A stretch of 64,000 bases of DNA, from positions 416,001-480,000 of the forward strand of contig OZ242320.1 of the NCBI GenBank assembly GCA_965208125.1, read 5' to 3'. The notes under the pieces were generated by a model, which saw nothing but the letters and a program-made list of their open reading frames with translations, was not told where the DNA came from and made no database searches. Shown here one piece after another: positions 46,060 to 56,606 of this stretch; position 1 is the first letter of the stretch, and the number at the start of each line of letters is the position of its first letter. This DNA is from Candidatus Latescibacterota bacterium (GTDB lineage Bacteria > Latescibacterota > UBA2968). A program made the position numbers and the translations under genes.

Positions 46060-46716
46060 ATGCTTTTTTTACGACGTACATTGCCGCTGATCATCGCCTT
46101 TGTTCTGGGTATGATTGGTATTCTCGTTTACTACATTCCACACAGCGGCGCCCAAAATCTTGAGCAGGACTTGACAACCTGGAATCGAATTATCGCGGCC
46201 TTCGCTCTGGTGTTGGGAATCTACAGTCTGATGCGCTTGCACTGGAGTCGTGTTCAGCGGCAACAAGCCGGATGGGGATATAGTTTCCTCGTATTTGTGG
46301 GCTTTGTGCTTATGTCCATCTTCGCAATCTACAACAATGGACAAGGTCCTTTCACCTCCCAGGTACTTGATTCGGGTCCTTTTGACTGGATGTTTAAGTA
46401 TGTACAGGTACCAGCCGATGCCACCATGTTCTCTATTCTCGCGTTTTTCATCGCATCTGCTGCCTATCGCACCTTTCGCGCACGCACGCCAGAAGCGGCA
46501 ATCCTGCTCGTATCGGCTATTATCGTGATGATCGGCCGCGTGCCCATTGGCGCATCAATTTACCAGGAGCTTCCCCAAATTGCCCAATGGATGATGGATG
46601 TGCCCAATCTGGCAGCCAAGCGCGGCATTTTGCTCGGCGTCAGCCTTGGTGCTGTCGCCACGGCATTACGCATCATTTTTGGCATCGAACGCTCTTATCT
46701 CGGCGGAGGTGAATAA
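46060..46716 (+). CDS. Hypothetical multi-pass membrane protein
   Basis: About 6 hydrophobic segments; ATMFSILAFFIASAAYRTFRAR; LRIIFGIERSYLG. Confidence 0.8.
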   Translation: MLFLRRTLPLIIAFVLGMIGILVYYIPHSGAQNLEQDLTTWNRIIAAFALVLGIYSLMRLHWSRVQRQQAGWGYSFLVFVGFVLMSIFAIYNNGQGPFTSQVLDSGPFDWMFKYVQVPADATMFSILAFFIASAAYRTFRARTPEAAILLVSAIIVMIGRVPIGASIYQELPQIAQWMMDVPNLAAKRGILLGVSLGAVATALRIIFGIERSYLGGGE

Positions 46717-47552
46717 TGATAATGAAAGAATTTTTGCTCAATATCGACCGCCGTATCATCTTTGTCTTTGTCGCGCTTGGTATCATCATTCCCTCGTTGG
46801 CTGCCATACGCCTGCCTATCCACATCACGGAAGATGTCAAAGCGATTTACGACACGATCGAAGAAGTGGCAGCAAAAAACGGCACCATTCTCATCTCCTT
46901 TGACTACGGACCCGGATCCATGCCCGAAGTACAGCCCATGGCCATTGCAGTTTTGCGCCACTGTTTCAAGCGCAACGTCAAAGTAGTTGGGATGTCACAC
47001 TGGGTAGATGCTGTTGGTCTTGCACAAGAAGCATTTGATACCACATCAAAAGAATTTGGTGCACAATACGGTGAAGATTATACGTATCTGGGTTATAAAA
47101 CGGGCTTCGGTTCTCTGGTCATCAACATGGGCAACGACTTTCACAATGCATTCCAAAAAGATCTGCAAGGTAGCGATACGACCGAATTACCTGTCACCAA
47201 AAACATAAAGGGATTGGCGGACTTCGACTATGTGATCTGTCTGGCAGCGGGCAACACACCAGATGGTGTCTGGATACCCTATGGACAAGAACGCTACAAA
47301 TTTAAATTTGGCATTGGCTGTACCGCTGTTATGGCACCCGATCAATATCCATATCTGCAATCGGGCCAAATGAACGGCATGATGGGCGGATTGGCCGGTG
47401 CCGCCGAATACGAGACTCTGATTGAAACATCGGGCAAAGCCACCGCGGGTATGGGTGCCCAATCCGTTGTACATCTCATCATCATCGCCTTCATCATCCT
47501 GGGCAATGTGATGTACTTCCTCTATGGACGACAGAGAGGAGGTGCCCAGTGA
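46716..47552 (+). CDS. Hypothetical membrane-anchored protein (TM - alpha/beta domain - TM)
   Basis: DRRIIF; SFDYGPGSMPEVQPM; YGEDYTYLGY; YPYLQSGQMNGMMGGLAGAAEYE; coupled to the previous gene (TAATG). Confidence 0.8.
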   Translation: MIMKEFLLNIDRRIIFVFVALGIIIPSLAAIRLPIHITEDVKAIYDTIEEVAAKNGTILISFDYGPGSMPEVQPMAIAVLRHCFKRNVKVVGMSHWVDAVGLAQEAFDTTSKEFGAQYGEDYTYLGYKTGFGSLVINMGNDFHNAFQKDLQGSDTTELPVTKNIKGLADFDYVICLAAGNTPDGVWIPYGQERYKFKFGIGCTAVMAPDQYPYLQSGQMNGMMGGLAGAAEYETLIETSGKATAGMGAQSVVHLIIIAFIILGNVMYFLYGRQRGGAQ

Positions 47553-48280
47553 GTCGCGATCATATAATTTTTATCACTTTTTTAGTCGTCTTTGCCGCCA
47601 TCAATATCTACCTCTTTGGCTGGGACAGACTCTCCGCGGATTGGACCGGCTTTGGTATATTTATCGCGGCTGGCATCACCCTATCGCTTTACAGTTTTCT
47701 CTATAAGGACAACCCTCTCTTCAAATTTGCCGAAAATCTCTACGTGGGTGTGGCAGCCGCATACTCCCTCACCCAAATTTGGTACACCGTGCTTTGGGCC
47801 GATGTGGTGAATCCCCTCTATGAACTTAGCAGCGAAAGCATGGGCAATTTGTGGCTCATCGTGCCCACATTGCTTGGCCTCTTCATGCTCACCCAACTCT
47901 CCTCGGCAACATTCAGTTGGCTCAGTCGTATCGCATTCGCATTTGTAGTCGGTCTGGGAGCGGGATTAACCATCCCACGTACTATTGCGGCCAATTTGCT
48001 GGCACAAATGGAACCGACCATGCAACCTATAGCAGCCTCATGGGAAGGATTAAATCTGCTCATTATTCTTGTCGGCGTCGTTACAGTACTCGTGTATTTC
48101 TTCTACTCTGTCGAACACACCGGTCCCGTGGGCGTGGCGTCCAAAATTGGTATCTGGTTTCTCATGATTTCATTTGGCGCATCATTTGGCTACACCATCA
48201 TGGCGCGTCTCTCACTGCTGATTGGGCGCGTCGGGTTCTTGCTCGAAGACTGGCTCGTGCTCGAATTGCCTCTATTTTGA
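47549..48280 (+). CDS. Hypothetical multi-pass membrane protein
   Basis: YSFLYKDNPLFKFAENLYVGV; GIWFLMISFGASFGYTIMARLSLLIGR; GTGA overlap with the previous gene. Confidence 0.8.
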   Translation: MSRDHIIFITFLVVFAAINIYLFGWDRLSADWTGFGIFIAAGITLSLYSFLYKDNPLFKFAENLYVGVAAAYSLTQIWYTVLWADVVNPLYELSSESMGNLWLIVPTLLGLFMLTQLSSATFSWLSRIAFAFVVGLGAGLTIPRTIAANLLAQMEPTMQPIAASWEGLNLLIILVGVVTVLVYFFYSVEHTGPVGVASKIGIWFLMISFGASFGYTIMARLSLLIGRVGFLLEDWLVLELPLF

Positions 48281-48363
48281 TTTGAGGAGAAGTGCGTGTT
48301 CATTCGCTCATTTCAAAAAAACGGGAACGTTCAAACCCTTATAGAAGTCCAAAGAAACATTAC

Positions 48364-49326
48364 ATGCCCAATTCCGTGCTGACAGTTGACAACCTCCAAA
48401 CGCATTTTCATACAGACAGCGGAACAGCGAGGGCGGTAGATGGCGTATCATTCACACTCAACAAGGGCGAAACGTATGGCCTTGTTGGTGAATCGGGGTG
48501 CGGAAAAAGTGTCACTTCGCTGTCAATCATGCGATTGGTACCTCATCCTGGCCGCATTGAAAGTGGGCATATTTTTTTTCAGGACCGTGACCTGGTATCC
48601 CTTTCGGATACCGAAATGCGCGACATACGCGGCAATGACATTGCCATGATCTTTCAGGAACCCATGACCAGCCTCAACCCGGTTTACACCTGTGGGTTCC
48701 AGATTGACGAAGCCGTGAGGCGGCATCAGGGATTAGAAAAAACCGAAGCGCGAAAAAAAACAGTTGAAATGCTCCACCTCGTGGGCCTGCCCGATCCCGA
48801 ACAACGCGCAAACGAATACCCGCACCAGTTATCTGGCGGACAACGCCAGCGCGTAATGATCGCCATGGCCCTCTCGTGCAACCCCAAAGTGCTAATTGCG
48901 GACGAACCCACAACAGCACTCGATGTCACTATTCAGGCGCAAATCCTGGACCTGTTGCGCGACTTGCAGCAACAACTCGGTATGGCCGTCCTGCTCATCA
49001 CACACGATTTAGGAGTTATTGCCGAAGCCGCCGATCAGGTCGCGGTCATGTACGCAGGCAAAATTGTAGAAATCGGTCCGGCAGACGCGATCTTTCACAA
49101 CCCCAGGCATCCCTACACGCAGGGATTACTCGCATCAGTACCCCGTCTGGATATCGCGAACAAGCGCCTCAGAACCATTCCGGGCACGGTGCCCGAAGCC
49201 ACGCAATTCCCATCGGGATGTCGATTTGCAGATCGATGTGAAAAGGTCGATTCAATTTGCAGGGAAACCACACCGCAACTGCAAACAATTGACAGCGGTC
49301 ACCAGACCGCGTGTTGGATGGCATAA
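48364..49326 (+). CDS. oppD: Oligopeptide/dipeptide ABC transporter ATP-binding subunit
   Basis: [38 protein letters not shown] and GCRFADRC motifs. Confidence 0.9.
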   Translation: MPNSVLTVDNLQTHFHTDSGTARAVDGVSFTLNKGETYGLVGESGCGKSVTSLSIMRLVPHPGRIESGHIFFQDRDLVSLSDTEMRDIRGNDIAMIFQEPMTSLNPVYTCGFQIDEAVRRHQGLEKTEARKKTVEMLHLVGLPDPEQRANEYPHQLSGGQRQRVMIAMALSCNPKVLIADEPTTALDVTIQAQILDLLRDLQQQLGMAVLLITHDLGVIAEAADQVAVMYAGKIVEIGPADAIFHNPRHPYTQGLLASVPRLDIANKRLRTIPGTVPEATQFPSGCRFADRCEKVDSICRETTPQLQTIDSGHQTACWMA

Positions 49327-49338
49327 AGGCGAGAAATA

Positions 49339-50289
49339 GTGCTTCTTCAAGTTCAAAATCTAAAAAAATACTACCCCATTTCTCAGGGACTTTGGGGGCG
49401 CAACGCCGGACATGTCAAAGCAGTAGATGACGTGAGCTTCAATATCTCTCCCGGCGAAACCCTCGGCCTGGTCGGAGAATCGGGATGCGGAAAAACCACG
49501 ACAGGACGCGCCATTTTACGCCTTATCGATGCGACATCAGGCACCGTGCGATTCAAAAATACTGACATTCTCTCCCTGGGGAAAAAACAACTTCGAACAC
49601 TGCGCCGGCACATGCAAATCATCTTTCAGGACCCTTATGGATCGCTAAACCCCCGCCTCACCATCGGCGGCATCCTCTCGGAACCCCTGAAAATCCACGG
49701 CGACAAAACAAAAGATCGAGTCGCCGACCTGCTCAACACCGTGGGCTTATCTCCCGACGTCGCGCGCCGATATCCACATGAATTTTCCGGCGGACAGCGA
49801 CAGCGCATTGGCATTGCCCGCGCATTGGCCGTAAAACCGCAATTCATTGTCGCAGACGAACCCGTATCTGCACTCGACGTATCGATTCAGGCACAAATCG
49901 TAAACTTGCTCCAGGATTTACAGACTCAGTTTGGTCTCGCCTATCTCTTTATCGCACACGACTTGAGCGTGGTCAAACACATCTCCAACCGCGTGGCAGT
50001 CATGTATCTGGGCAAAATTGTCGAACTGGCCGAAAGCCAGGAACTCTACGACAATCCGCAGCATCCCTATACGCGCGCATTGCTCTCATCAATCCCCATA
50101 CCCGATCCGCGCGTCAGGGGATCGCGCACCAGTTTAACAGGCGATGTGCCCAGCCCGGTCAACGTACCTTCGGGCTGTGCATTTCATCCGCGCTGTCCCG
50201 AAGCAACGGCGGACTGCGCCCACCGCAACCCCGAACTCTTAGACATTGAACCCGGCCACAGCGTGGCCTGTATCTTGCGACACAATTAA
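49339..50289 (+). CDS. oppF: Oligopeptide/dipeptide ABC transporter ATP-binding subunit
   Basis: [39 protein letters not shown] and GCAFHPRC motifs. Confidence 0.9.
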   Translation: MLLQVQNLKKYYPISQGLWGRNAGHVKAVDDVSFNISPGETLGLVGESGCGKTTTGRAILRLIDATSGTVRFKNTDILSLGKKQLRTLRRHMQIIFQDPYGSLNPRLTIGGILSEPLKIHGDKTKDRVADLLNTVGLSPDVARRYPHEFSGGQRQRIGIARALAVKPQFIVADEPVSALDVSIQAQIVNLLQDLQTQFGLAYLFIAHDLSVVKHISNRVAVMYLGKIVELAESQELYDNPQHPYTRALLSSIPIPDPRVRGSRTSLTGDVPSPVNVPSGCAFHPRCPEATADCAHRNPELLDIEPGHSVACILRHN

Positions 50290-50334
50290 GGCGTAGAACC
50301 CGTGTGCCCCACCCACCATTTCAAGGAGTCATAA

Positions 50335-53300
50335 GTGAAGGTCTTAAGAACATTAACGTTGCTGTGTCTCACCGGTCTCATATCCCACACCGCCCAGGCA
50401 CAGCCCCCCTCTTTAGGTCCCGCCAAAGCCATTGGGGTTGACCTTGCCAATACCCCGTTGAACCGTCCGTCGCCCGACCAAAAAAGCTACACTTATTGGA
50501 AACCCGAAACAGCCGACGGCTTCTTCCCATCGCTTTTGGGACTGCGGACGGCTGGCGCTCAAATGATTCGCACCAGATATTTCAACATCTACTTCTCTAC
50601 AGCCGAAAAAACTGCCCGGCAAATTGCCGACTTCTGCGATGAGGTTCTATCGAATCTCATGCGCCATTATCCCACCTTTGTCGATCGCATTGCGCCCATC
50701 CACGTCGTCGTTGACGATCAGGCGGATTATTTGGGCAATGCCTTTGCCGTGTACAGCGCCAATTACATCCACTTTTGGACCAACCCCATCGACTGGGAAA
50801 TCCGCGGTACCAGTGACTGGGTACGCAATGTTTTTGTCCACGAACTCGCCCACATCGTAACCCTGAAAGCCGCCTATAAGGGCCTGCCATTCCAAATTGG
50901 CATAGTCAACGCCTCTCGCGCCAATGAAAATCCCGATTTTAGCTTCACGCTTGGCTTGTACCACCTCGCCATGAATTCGGGTTTTGCCGAAGGCATCTCG
51001 CAATACGAAGCCACCGAATATGGCGACGATCGCTGGGACACACACCGCGATATGCTCCTGCGCATGGCTGCGCTCGAAAATGATCTGCTTTCCCTGCCCA
51101 GCATGGGGCAACTCGGCGGCAAAGGCAATTTCCACGGTGAAATGGTCTATAATCAGGGATTTGCCATGCTCAACTACATCGGCGAACGCTTTAGTCCCAC
51201 TGTCGTCAGACAGATCTTTGAACACAGGCCCATTATCAACTTCAACTCCTCGCTGAAAAAAGCCACTGGCGTATCGGCCAAACAACTCTACCGCGACTGG
51301 AAAGCGCATATTGTAGAACAATACGGCACCGTTCAAAGCGACATCCAGGAAGCCGGCGAACGCGAGGGCGAATTGGTCGTCGATAGAGGCAGTTTGGACT
51401 ATCATCCCGTCTATTCTCCGCAAGGCGATAAGCTGGGCTTTATCTCCAACGACGACAGCGACTATTTCATCACCGAACTCAAAGTGATGGACCTGGCAAC
51501 AAATAAAGTCACAAAAATATCCGACCGCGTCGATAACCGCTTTGTCTGGACCGCCAGCGGCGACAGCCTGATGTACATCAAAGCCGTAGGCGCGCGTTGG
51601 GACATCTTCACCTATGACATCAAAACGAAAAAAGAAACCCGCGTCACCGTAGGTCTGCGCGGCAAAGACCCCACTCTCTCACCCGATGGCAAACAAATCG
51701 CCTTTGTAACCATGAGGGATGGCACGGCGAATATCGGTCTTGTAAACACCGACGGCACCGATGTGCGATATCTCACACACAACAACGACGCCACACAGTA
51801 TTTTGGCCCGAAATGGTCGCCCGACGGCAAACACCTGCTCTTCAGCGTATTCCGCACGGGCGAAGACCGCGACATTGCCATCATAGACGTGAATGCAACA
51901 ACCTGGGAAAAGAAAAAAGGCAGGCGCTCACTGGAAAAAAAAGAAGTTGACACACAACTCGACAGCCTCCAGCAGGCAAAAGCCGACAGCCTCAAGGCGT
52001 TTCCCGACAGCCTCGCCTATGCCAACAATGCCAACTTCAAAGCCATTGTACACTCCACAGCCGACGAACGCGATCCCATATGGCTACCCGATGGCAGTGG
52101 ATTTATCTTCAGTTCAGACCGCACGGGCATCTTCAATCTCTACACCCACGACATGGCGACCGGCGAACAAAAGCAACTGACCAATGTTGTGGGCGGCGCG
52201 TTTTTGCCCACTATCTCTCCCGACGCAAAAGACGTGATCTACGCGGGGTATCACGCGGCAAACTACAACCTCTATCGCATCCCCCTGTCCGAGGCCGTCG
52301 CCGTTGATCCCCCCGAGGGTATTGCGCGAGACTATGCTGAAATTTACACCGGCAAATCCATCACCGACCTTCACGACATCGGGCGGTATTCCACGCGCCT
52401 CATCTCTTACGGAATCACACCCATCGCATTGCTGGGTCCCACATTTATCGGCAACCGATTTGGCCTGGATCAAATCAGCGCGGGTGTTCAATGGGCCTGG
52501 GGCGATCTGCTCGGCAGCGACGTTTTTGTAACCACCGCCCTGATCGGCAAAAACTTCAGACGACAACAAGACTTCAACTCGGAATTCGCCTTCTACTACC
52601 AGAACAGCCTCACCCCCATTCTATCTGAACAAAGCACCTATGTCCCCCGCATCTTCTTTGGAGGCAGCAGGCAAACCATCAACAGCATCGTGGATTTGGG
52701 CACCGTCCAAACCGTTCGCGATACACTCAGCGGCACAATGATCACCACAAATGACGAAGGACAACAGGTCCTGATCCCCAATGTCACGCAGCACTTAGAC
52801 CTCACGGTTACGGAAGAAGACGATTTTAAGGATGTATTCTCCGATTTTACGGTGGGCGCCGAAATGGGGGTAGGCCGCGGACACTATTTTAGCCTGGCCT
52901 ATGGCTACCGCAAGTACTCCGAAAACTTGCACGCCGTTCAGGTCCTCCACGACAGCTCTCGCGTCTTTCAGACCAATTTGAGTACTGGTGCTGTTGAAGA
53001 CATCACCGACCAGCTCCCCGGACCGGGCTATGCATCGCAGGAAACTGTTCTCGACGATTTTCTCTACAAAGAACTCGACTTCTTCAAAAGTAACGAATGG
53101 ATGGGTGGTTGGAGCTACATCACCCTCAAACCCGCAACCGACCTCTACATCAACCCATCGGGCGGTCGCGCATTGTCCTTCCGCTACCGGCGCATCAATG
53201 CAACCGTGATAGATACACTGGCCCGTACGCCAGATGTGAACGAAGATTTTGTCCCGGATCCAATCGGCGAAGACCTGTCACCTGCATTTTTCCGAGGCGA

Positions 53301-53910
53301 TAAAGTCAACGTGGGTTTCAACGAATACATCGCCTCCTTCAATGAATTTATCCCGCTCGTCGGCCGCTCTACACTTGCCCTCCAGGTCTTTGGAGCCTAC
53401 AAAGACAGCTATGTCAAAGAAGTACAACAAGAAGGCGGCACATTCGAAGGCGTATTCTATTACCCCCTGCGCTATTATCTCGGTGGTCTGGGCACCTTGC
53501 GCGGCTATCCATATTTCACAATCGCAGGCGGCAAAGCCCTCTTTGGTCGCACCACGCTGACCCTGCCGATCTTTAAGCGCGTTGGCGCGGAACTGCCGCC
53601 TCTCTTTTTTGACAAAATTTACGCCTCGCTCTTCTTTGAATTTGGCGGCGTATCCAATGCCGCCAGCCTCGGCGATATTTTCGACGTAAATGAAGAAGTA
53701 CACAGTGGGCGATGGGACAAATTCAAAAACTCTTTCCTATTTGACTACGGCGCCGAAATCCGATTCCAGATATTTTCACATTACCGCTTACCCATGTTCG
53801 GCTATTTCATCGTCGCCCGTCCCACCAAACTCGAAGTCCCATCCCGCAACAACCCCGATATCATCGAAGAGGTCAGTGGGACGCGATTCTATTTTGGCCT
53901 GTCATTGTAA
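50335..53910 (+). CDS. Zinc-peptidase + PD40/TolB propeller + Omp85-like barrel protein (paralogue of 13947..16988)
   Basis: RGTSDWVRNVFVHELAH, FAEG, DRWDTHRDMLLR, PD40 repeats, LGGLGTLRGY; ends FYFGLSL. Confidence 0.8.
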   Translation: MKVLRTLTLLCLTGLISHTAQAQPPSLGPAKAIGVDLANTPLNRPSPDQKSYTYWKPETADGFFPSLLGLRTAGAQMIRTRYFNIYFSTAEKTARQIADFCDEVLSNLMRHYPTFVDRIAPIHVVVDDQADYLGNAFAVYSANYIHFWTNPIDWEIRGTSDWVRNVFVHELAHIVTLKAAYKGLPFQIGIVNASRANENPDFSFTLGLYHLAMNSGFAEGISQYEATEYGDDRWDTHRDMLLRMAALENDLLSLPSMGQLGGKGNFHGEMVYNQGFAMLNYIGERFSPTVVRQIFEHRPIINFNSSLKKATGVSAKQLYRDWKAHIVEQYGTVQSDIQEAGEREGELVVDRGSLDYHPVYSPQGDKLGFISNDDSDYFITELKVMDLATNKVTKISDRVDNRFVWTASGDSLMYIKAVGARWDIFTYDIKTKKETRVTVGLRGKDPTLSPDGKQIAFVTMRDGTANIGLVNTDGTDVRYLTHNNDATQYFGPKWSPDGKHLLFSVFRTGEDRDIAIIDVNATTWEKKKGRRSLEKKEVDTQLDSLQQAKADSLKAFPDSLAYANNANFKAIVHSTADERDPIWLPDGSGFIFSSDRTGIFNLYTHDMATGEQKQLTNVVGGAFLPTISPDAKDVIYAGYHAANYNLYRIPLSEAVAVDPPEGIARDYAEIYTGKSITDLHDIGRYSTRLISYGITPIALLGPTFIGNRFGLDQISAGVQWAWGDLLGSDVFVTTALIGKNFRRQQDFNSEFAFYYQNSLTPILSEQSTYVPRIFFGGSRQTINSIVDLGTVQTVRDTLSGTMITTNDEGQQVLIPNVTQHLDLTVTEEDDFKDVFSDFTVGAEMGVGRGHYFSLAYGYRKYSENLHAVQVLHDSSRVFQTNLSTGAVEDITDQLPGPGYASQETVLDDFLYKELDFFKSNEWMGGWSYITLKPATDLYINPSGGRALSFRYRRINATVIDTLARTPDVNEDFVPDPIGEDLSPAFFRGDKVNVGFNEYIASFNEFIPLVGRSTLALQVFGAYKDSYVKEVQQEGGTFEGVFYYPLRYYLGGLGTLRGYPYFTIAGGKALFGRTTLTLPIFKRVGAELPPLFFDKIYASLFFEFGGVSNAASLGDIFDVNEEVHSGRWDKFKNSFLFDYGAEIRFQIFSHYRLPMFGYFIVARPTKLEVPSRNNPDIIEEVSGTRFYFGLSL

Positions 53911-53927
53911 AGCCATTTCACGCAATC

Positions 53928-53964
53928 AAGTGCTCCGCTTATGTTATAAGCTGGAGCACTTTTT
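53928..53964 (+). terminator. Intrinsic terminator
   Basis: AAGTGCTCC-GCTTAT-GTT-ATAAGC-T-GGAGCACTT followed by a T-run, just after the 50335..53910 gene. Confidence 0.75.
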
Positions 53965-53979
53965 GCTGTTTTAACGCTT

Positions 53980-54846
53980 ATGTCTCCACTCATCTACGCG
54001 ATGCGTCCGAGCGAATGGGTCAAAAATGTCTTTGTATTGGCCGCCCTCGTTTTTACCAAACGCATTTTTGAACCCGATGATCTCCTGCAAGGCGGTCTGG
54101 CCTTTGTCTGTTTTTGCCTCATATCTGGCGCAGCATACCTTTTTAACGACATCCGAGACAGGGAAAACGACCGCCAGCATCCCCTGAAACGCCATCGCCC
54201 GATTGCCTCGGGTGCGTTGCGTATCTCCGTCGCTGCCACCGCCGCTATCCTCCTCTTCTCGATCGCCCTGACCGGGGGATTTTACGTGTATCCCCATTTT
54301 GGCATCGTCATCCTGATCTATGCGGTACTGAACATCGCCTATACGCTGTACCTCAAACACATCGTCATCCTTGATGTCATGATCATCGCCGCGGGATTTC
54401 TTCTGCGCGCCATCGGCGGTGCGGTGGCGATTCAGGTCGCCATTTCCTCCTGGTTCATCCTCTGCACCATGCTGCTGGCACTATTTCTCGGCTTTGCCAA
54501 GCGCCGGCATGAACTCGCCCTGCTCGAAGGAGATGCCAGCACCCACCGCCGCATCCTCGCAGAATATTCCCCACAATTTCTCGACCAGATAATCGCCATC
54601 GTCACAGCCGGTGCACTGGTATCCTACGCGCTTTACACCATGTCGCCCGAAGTCATTGAAAAACTCGGCACCAAATACCTCAACCTCACCATCCCCTTTG
54701 TGATCTACGGTATGCTACGCTACCTCTATCTCATCTACAAAAAAGACGGGGGCGGCAATCCCACCTCCACCGTATTGGGCGATTACCCTCTTCTAATCGT
54801 CTGCGCCCTGTGGTTGCTAACTCTATGTGTGGTGCTCTACATTTGA
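53980..54846 (+). CDS. UbiA-family decaprenyl-phosphate phosphoribosyltransferase
   Basis: RPSEWVKN, NDIRDRENDRQHPLKRHRPIASG, GFLLRAIGG and KRRHEL motifs. Confidence 0.88.
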   Translation: MSPLIYAMRPSEWVKNVFVLAALVFTKRIFEPDDLLQGGLAFVCFCLISGAAYLFNDIRDRENDRQHPLKRHRPIASGALRISVAATAAILLFSIALTGGFYVYPHFGIVILIYAVLNIAYTLYLKHIVILDVMIIAAGFLLRAIGGAVAIQVAISSWFILCTMLLALFLGFAKRRHELALLEGDASTHRRILAEYSPQFLDQIIAIVTAGALVSYALYTMSPEVIEKLGTKYLNLTIPFVIYGMLRYLYLIYKKDGGGNPTSTVLGDYPLLIVCALWLLTLCVVLYI

Positions 54847-54860
54847 TGGCGCTTAAAAAG

Positions 54861-54936
54861 TCGGGAAAAGGATTTCCCTCCTACACAACTAAAGGACGCG
54901 GTTGGAGCGGCGTCCTTGCCGCGACCTCCTACGCGA
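54861..54936. repeat. Degenerate GTAGGAG-type REP-like elements
   Basis: Minus strand reads GTAGGAGGGAAATCCTTTTCCCGA and GTAGGAGGTCGCGGCAAGGACGCCGCTCC; imperfect hairpins in an intergenic region. Confidence 0.5.
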
Positions 54937-55020
54937 CGATGTAACCGTTGTGAAAAAACTTAGTATTTTGTATTTTGAACTTCCTGACAGTTTCTAATTC
55001 CTCACACAAGGAGTTCCCGA

Positions 55021-56589
55021 ATGGCAGAGCGACCAAATATTTTGCTGATTATGAACGACGATATGGGCTATTCTGATATTGGATGTTACGGAGGTGAAAT
55101 CCACACGCCAAATTTAGATCAACTTGCTGCCAATGGGTTGCGACTCACCCAATTTTACAACACAGCGCGGTGCTGCCCTACGCGGGCGTCGTTGCTCACG
55201 GGATTGCACCCCCATCAAGCCAGTGTGGGACACATGATGGATGACCGGGAATACGAAGGGTACCGGGGTGATCTGAATTTTAAAAGCGTAACCATTGCCG
55301 AAGTACTCAAAACAGTGGGATATGCGACCTATATGAGCGGCAAATGGCATATCACGCGGCATACAGATGCGGACGGTCCTAAACACAGTTGGCCCTGTCA
55401 GCGCGGATTTGATCGCTTTTTTGGCATCATTACCGGTGCCGCCAATTATTGGAAGCCACAAACACTCACGCGAGACAACGAGCAAATTACAGTGGATGAA
55501 TTTCCAGAGGATTTCTTTTTAACCGATGCCATCAGCGATCAGGCGGCAGATTATATCCGCGAACACGCACAGGCAAACGGAGATCAGCCATTCTTTTTAT
55601 ACACCGCATATACCGCACCCCATTGGCCCCTGCACGCGCACGATGAAGATATTGCAAAATACAAAGATCGTTTTGCCGCGGGATGGGATCAACTGCGCGA
55701 AGAGCGTTTGGCGCGCATGCGCGAAATGGGCATCTTAAAACCCGAATGGGGGTTGAGCGACCGCGACCCCTCTCAAGTGCCCTGGGAAGAAGCCGACCAC
55801 AAGGCATGGCAGCAACGGCGCATGGAAGTTTATGCCGCCCAGGTTGACCGCATGGATCAGGGCATTGGACGCATCGTCCAATCCCTCGAAGAGACCGGAC
55901 AACTGGACAATACCCTGATCGTATTTCTGGCCGACAATGGGGGGTGTGCCGAAGAACTGGGAGGTGGCATGCGACGCAGTGCCATTGCGCCGGCCACCAC
56001 GCGCAATGGTCGCTCAGTCCAACGCGGCAACGATCCAGACATAATGCCAGGAGATGAAACCACGTACCAGAGCTACGGCGTACCCTGGGCTAACGTATCC
56101 AACACGCCATTTCGCCTGTACAAACACTGGGTTCACGAAGGCGGCATTGCAACCCCCTTTATAGTACACTGGCCCGCTCGCGTAACAGACGGCGGCGCAT
56201 TGCGCGAGCAACCCGGCCAGCTTACCGATGTCATGGCAACCTGCCTCGACATAGCGGGCACCGAATATCCCGAAACTTATAATGGACACGAGATTTTACC
56301 ACTCGAAGGCACCTCGCTAACGCCGATCTTTGACAATCGGGACAACGGCAAAGAATATCTGATCTGGGAACACGAAGGCAATGGCGCAGTTCGCAAAGGC
56401 AAGTGGAAACTGGTCAAGCGTTACCCGGGCGATTGGGAGCTATACGATATTGAAGCCGACAGATCGGAACTCGACGATCTGGCAAATGAAAATCCCGATG
56501 TAGTAGCCGAACTCGCGGCAATTTACGACGCATGGGCAGAGCGGTGCGGGATAGAACCCTGGGATAATATCCTCGCAAAGCGCGGGTAA
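55021..56589 (+). CDS. Arylsulfatase (formylglycine-dependent, Cys type)
   Basis: DDMGY, CCPTRASLLTG, GKWH and YTAPHWPL motifs. Confidence 0.93.
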   Translation: MAERPNILLIMNDDMGYSDIGCYGGEIHTPNLDQLAANGLRLTQFYNTARCCPTRASLLTGLHPHQASVGHMMDDREYEGYRGDLNFKSVTIAEVLKTVGYATYMSGKWHITRHTDADGPKHSWPCQRGFDRFFGIITGAANYWKPQTLTRDNEQITVDEFPEDFFLTDAISDQAADYIREHAQANGDQPFFLYTAYTAPHWPLHAHDEDIAKYKDRFAAGWDQLREERLARMREMGILKPEWGLSDRDPSQVPWEEADHKAWQQRRMEVYAAQVDRMDQGIGRIVQSLEETGQLDNTLIVFLADNGGCAEELGGGMRRSAIAPATTRNGRSVQRGNDPDIMPGDETTYQSYGVPWANVSNTPFRLYKHWVHEGGIATPFIVHWPARVTDGGALREQPGQLTDVMATCLDIAGTEYPETYNGHEILPLEGTSLTPIFDNRDNGKEYLIWEHEGNGAVRKGKWKLVKRYPGDWELYDIEADRSELDDLANENPDVVAELAAIYDAWAERCGIEPWDNILAKRG

Positions 56590-56606
56590 GAAAAAAGGAA
56601 AACACC

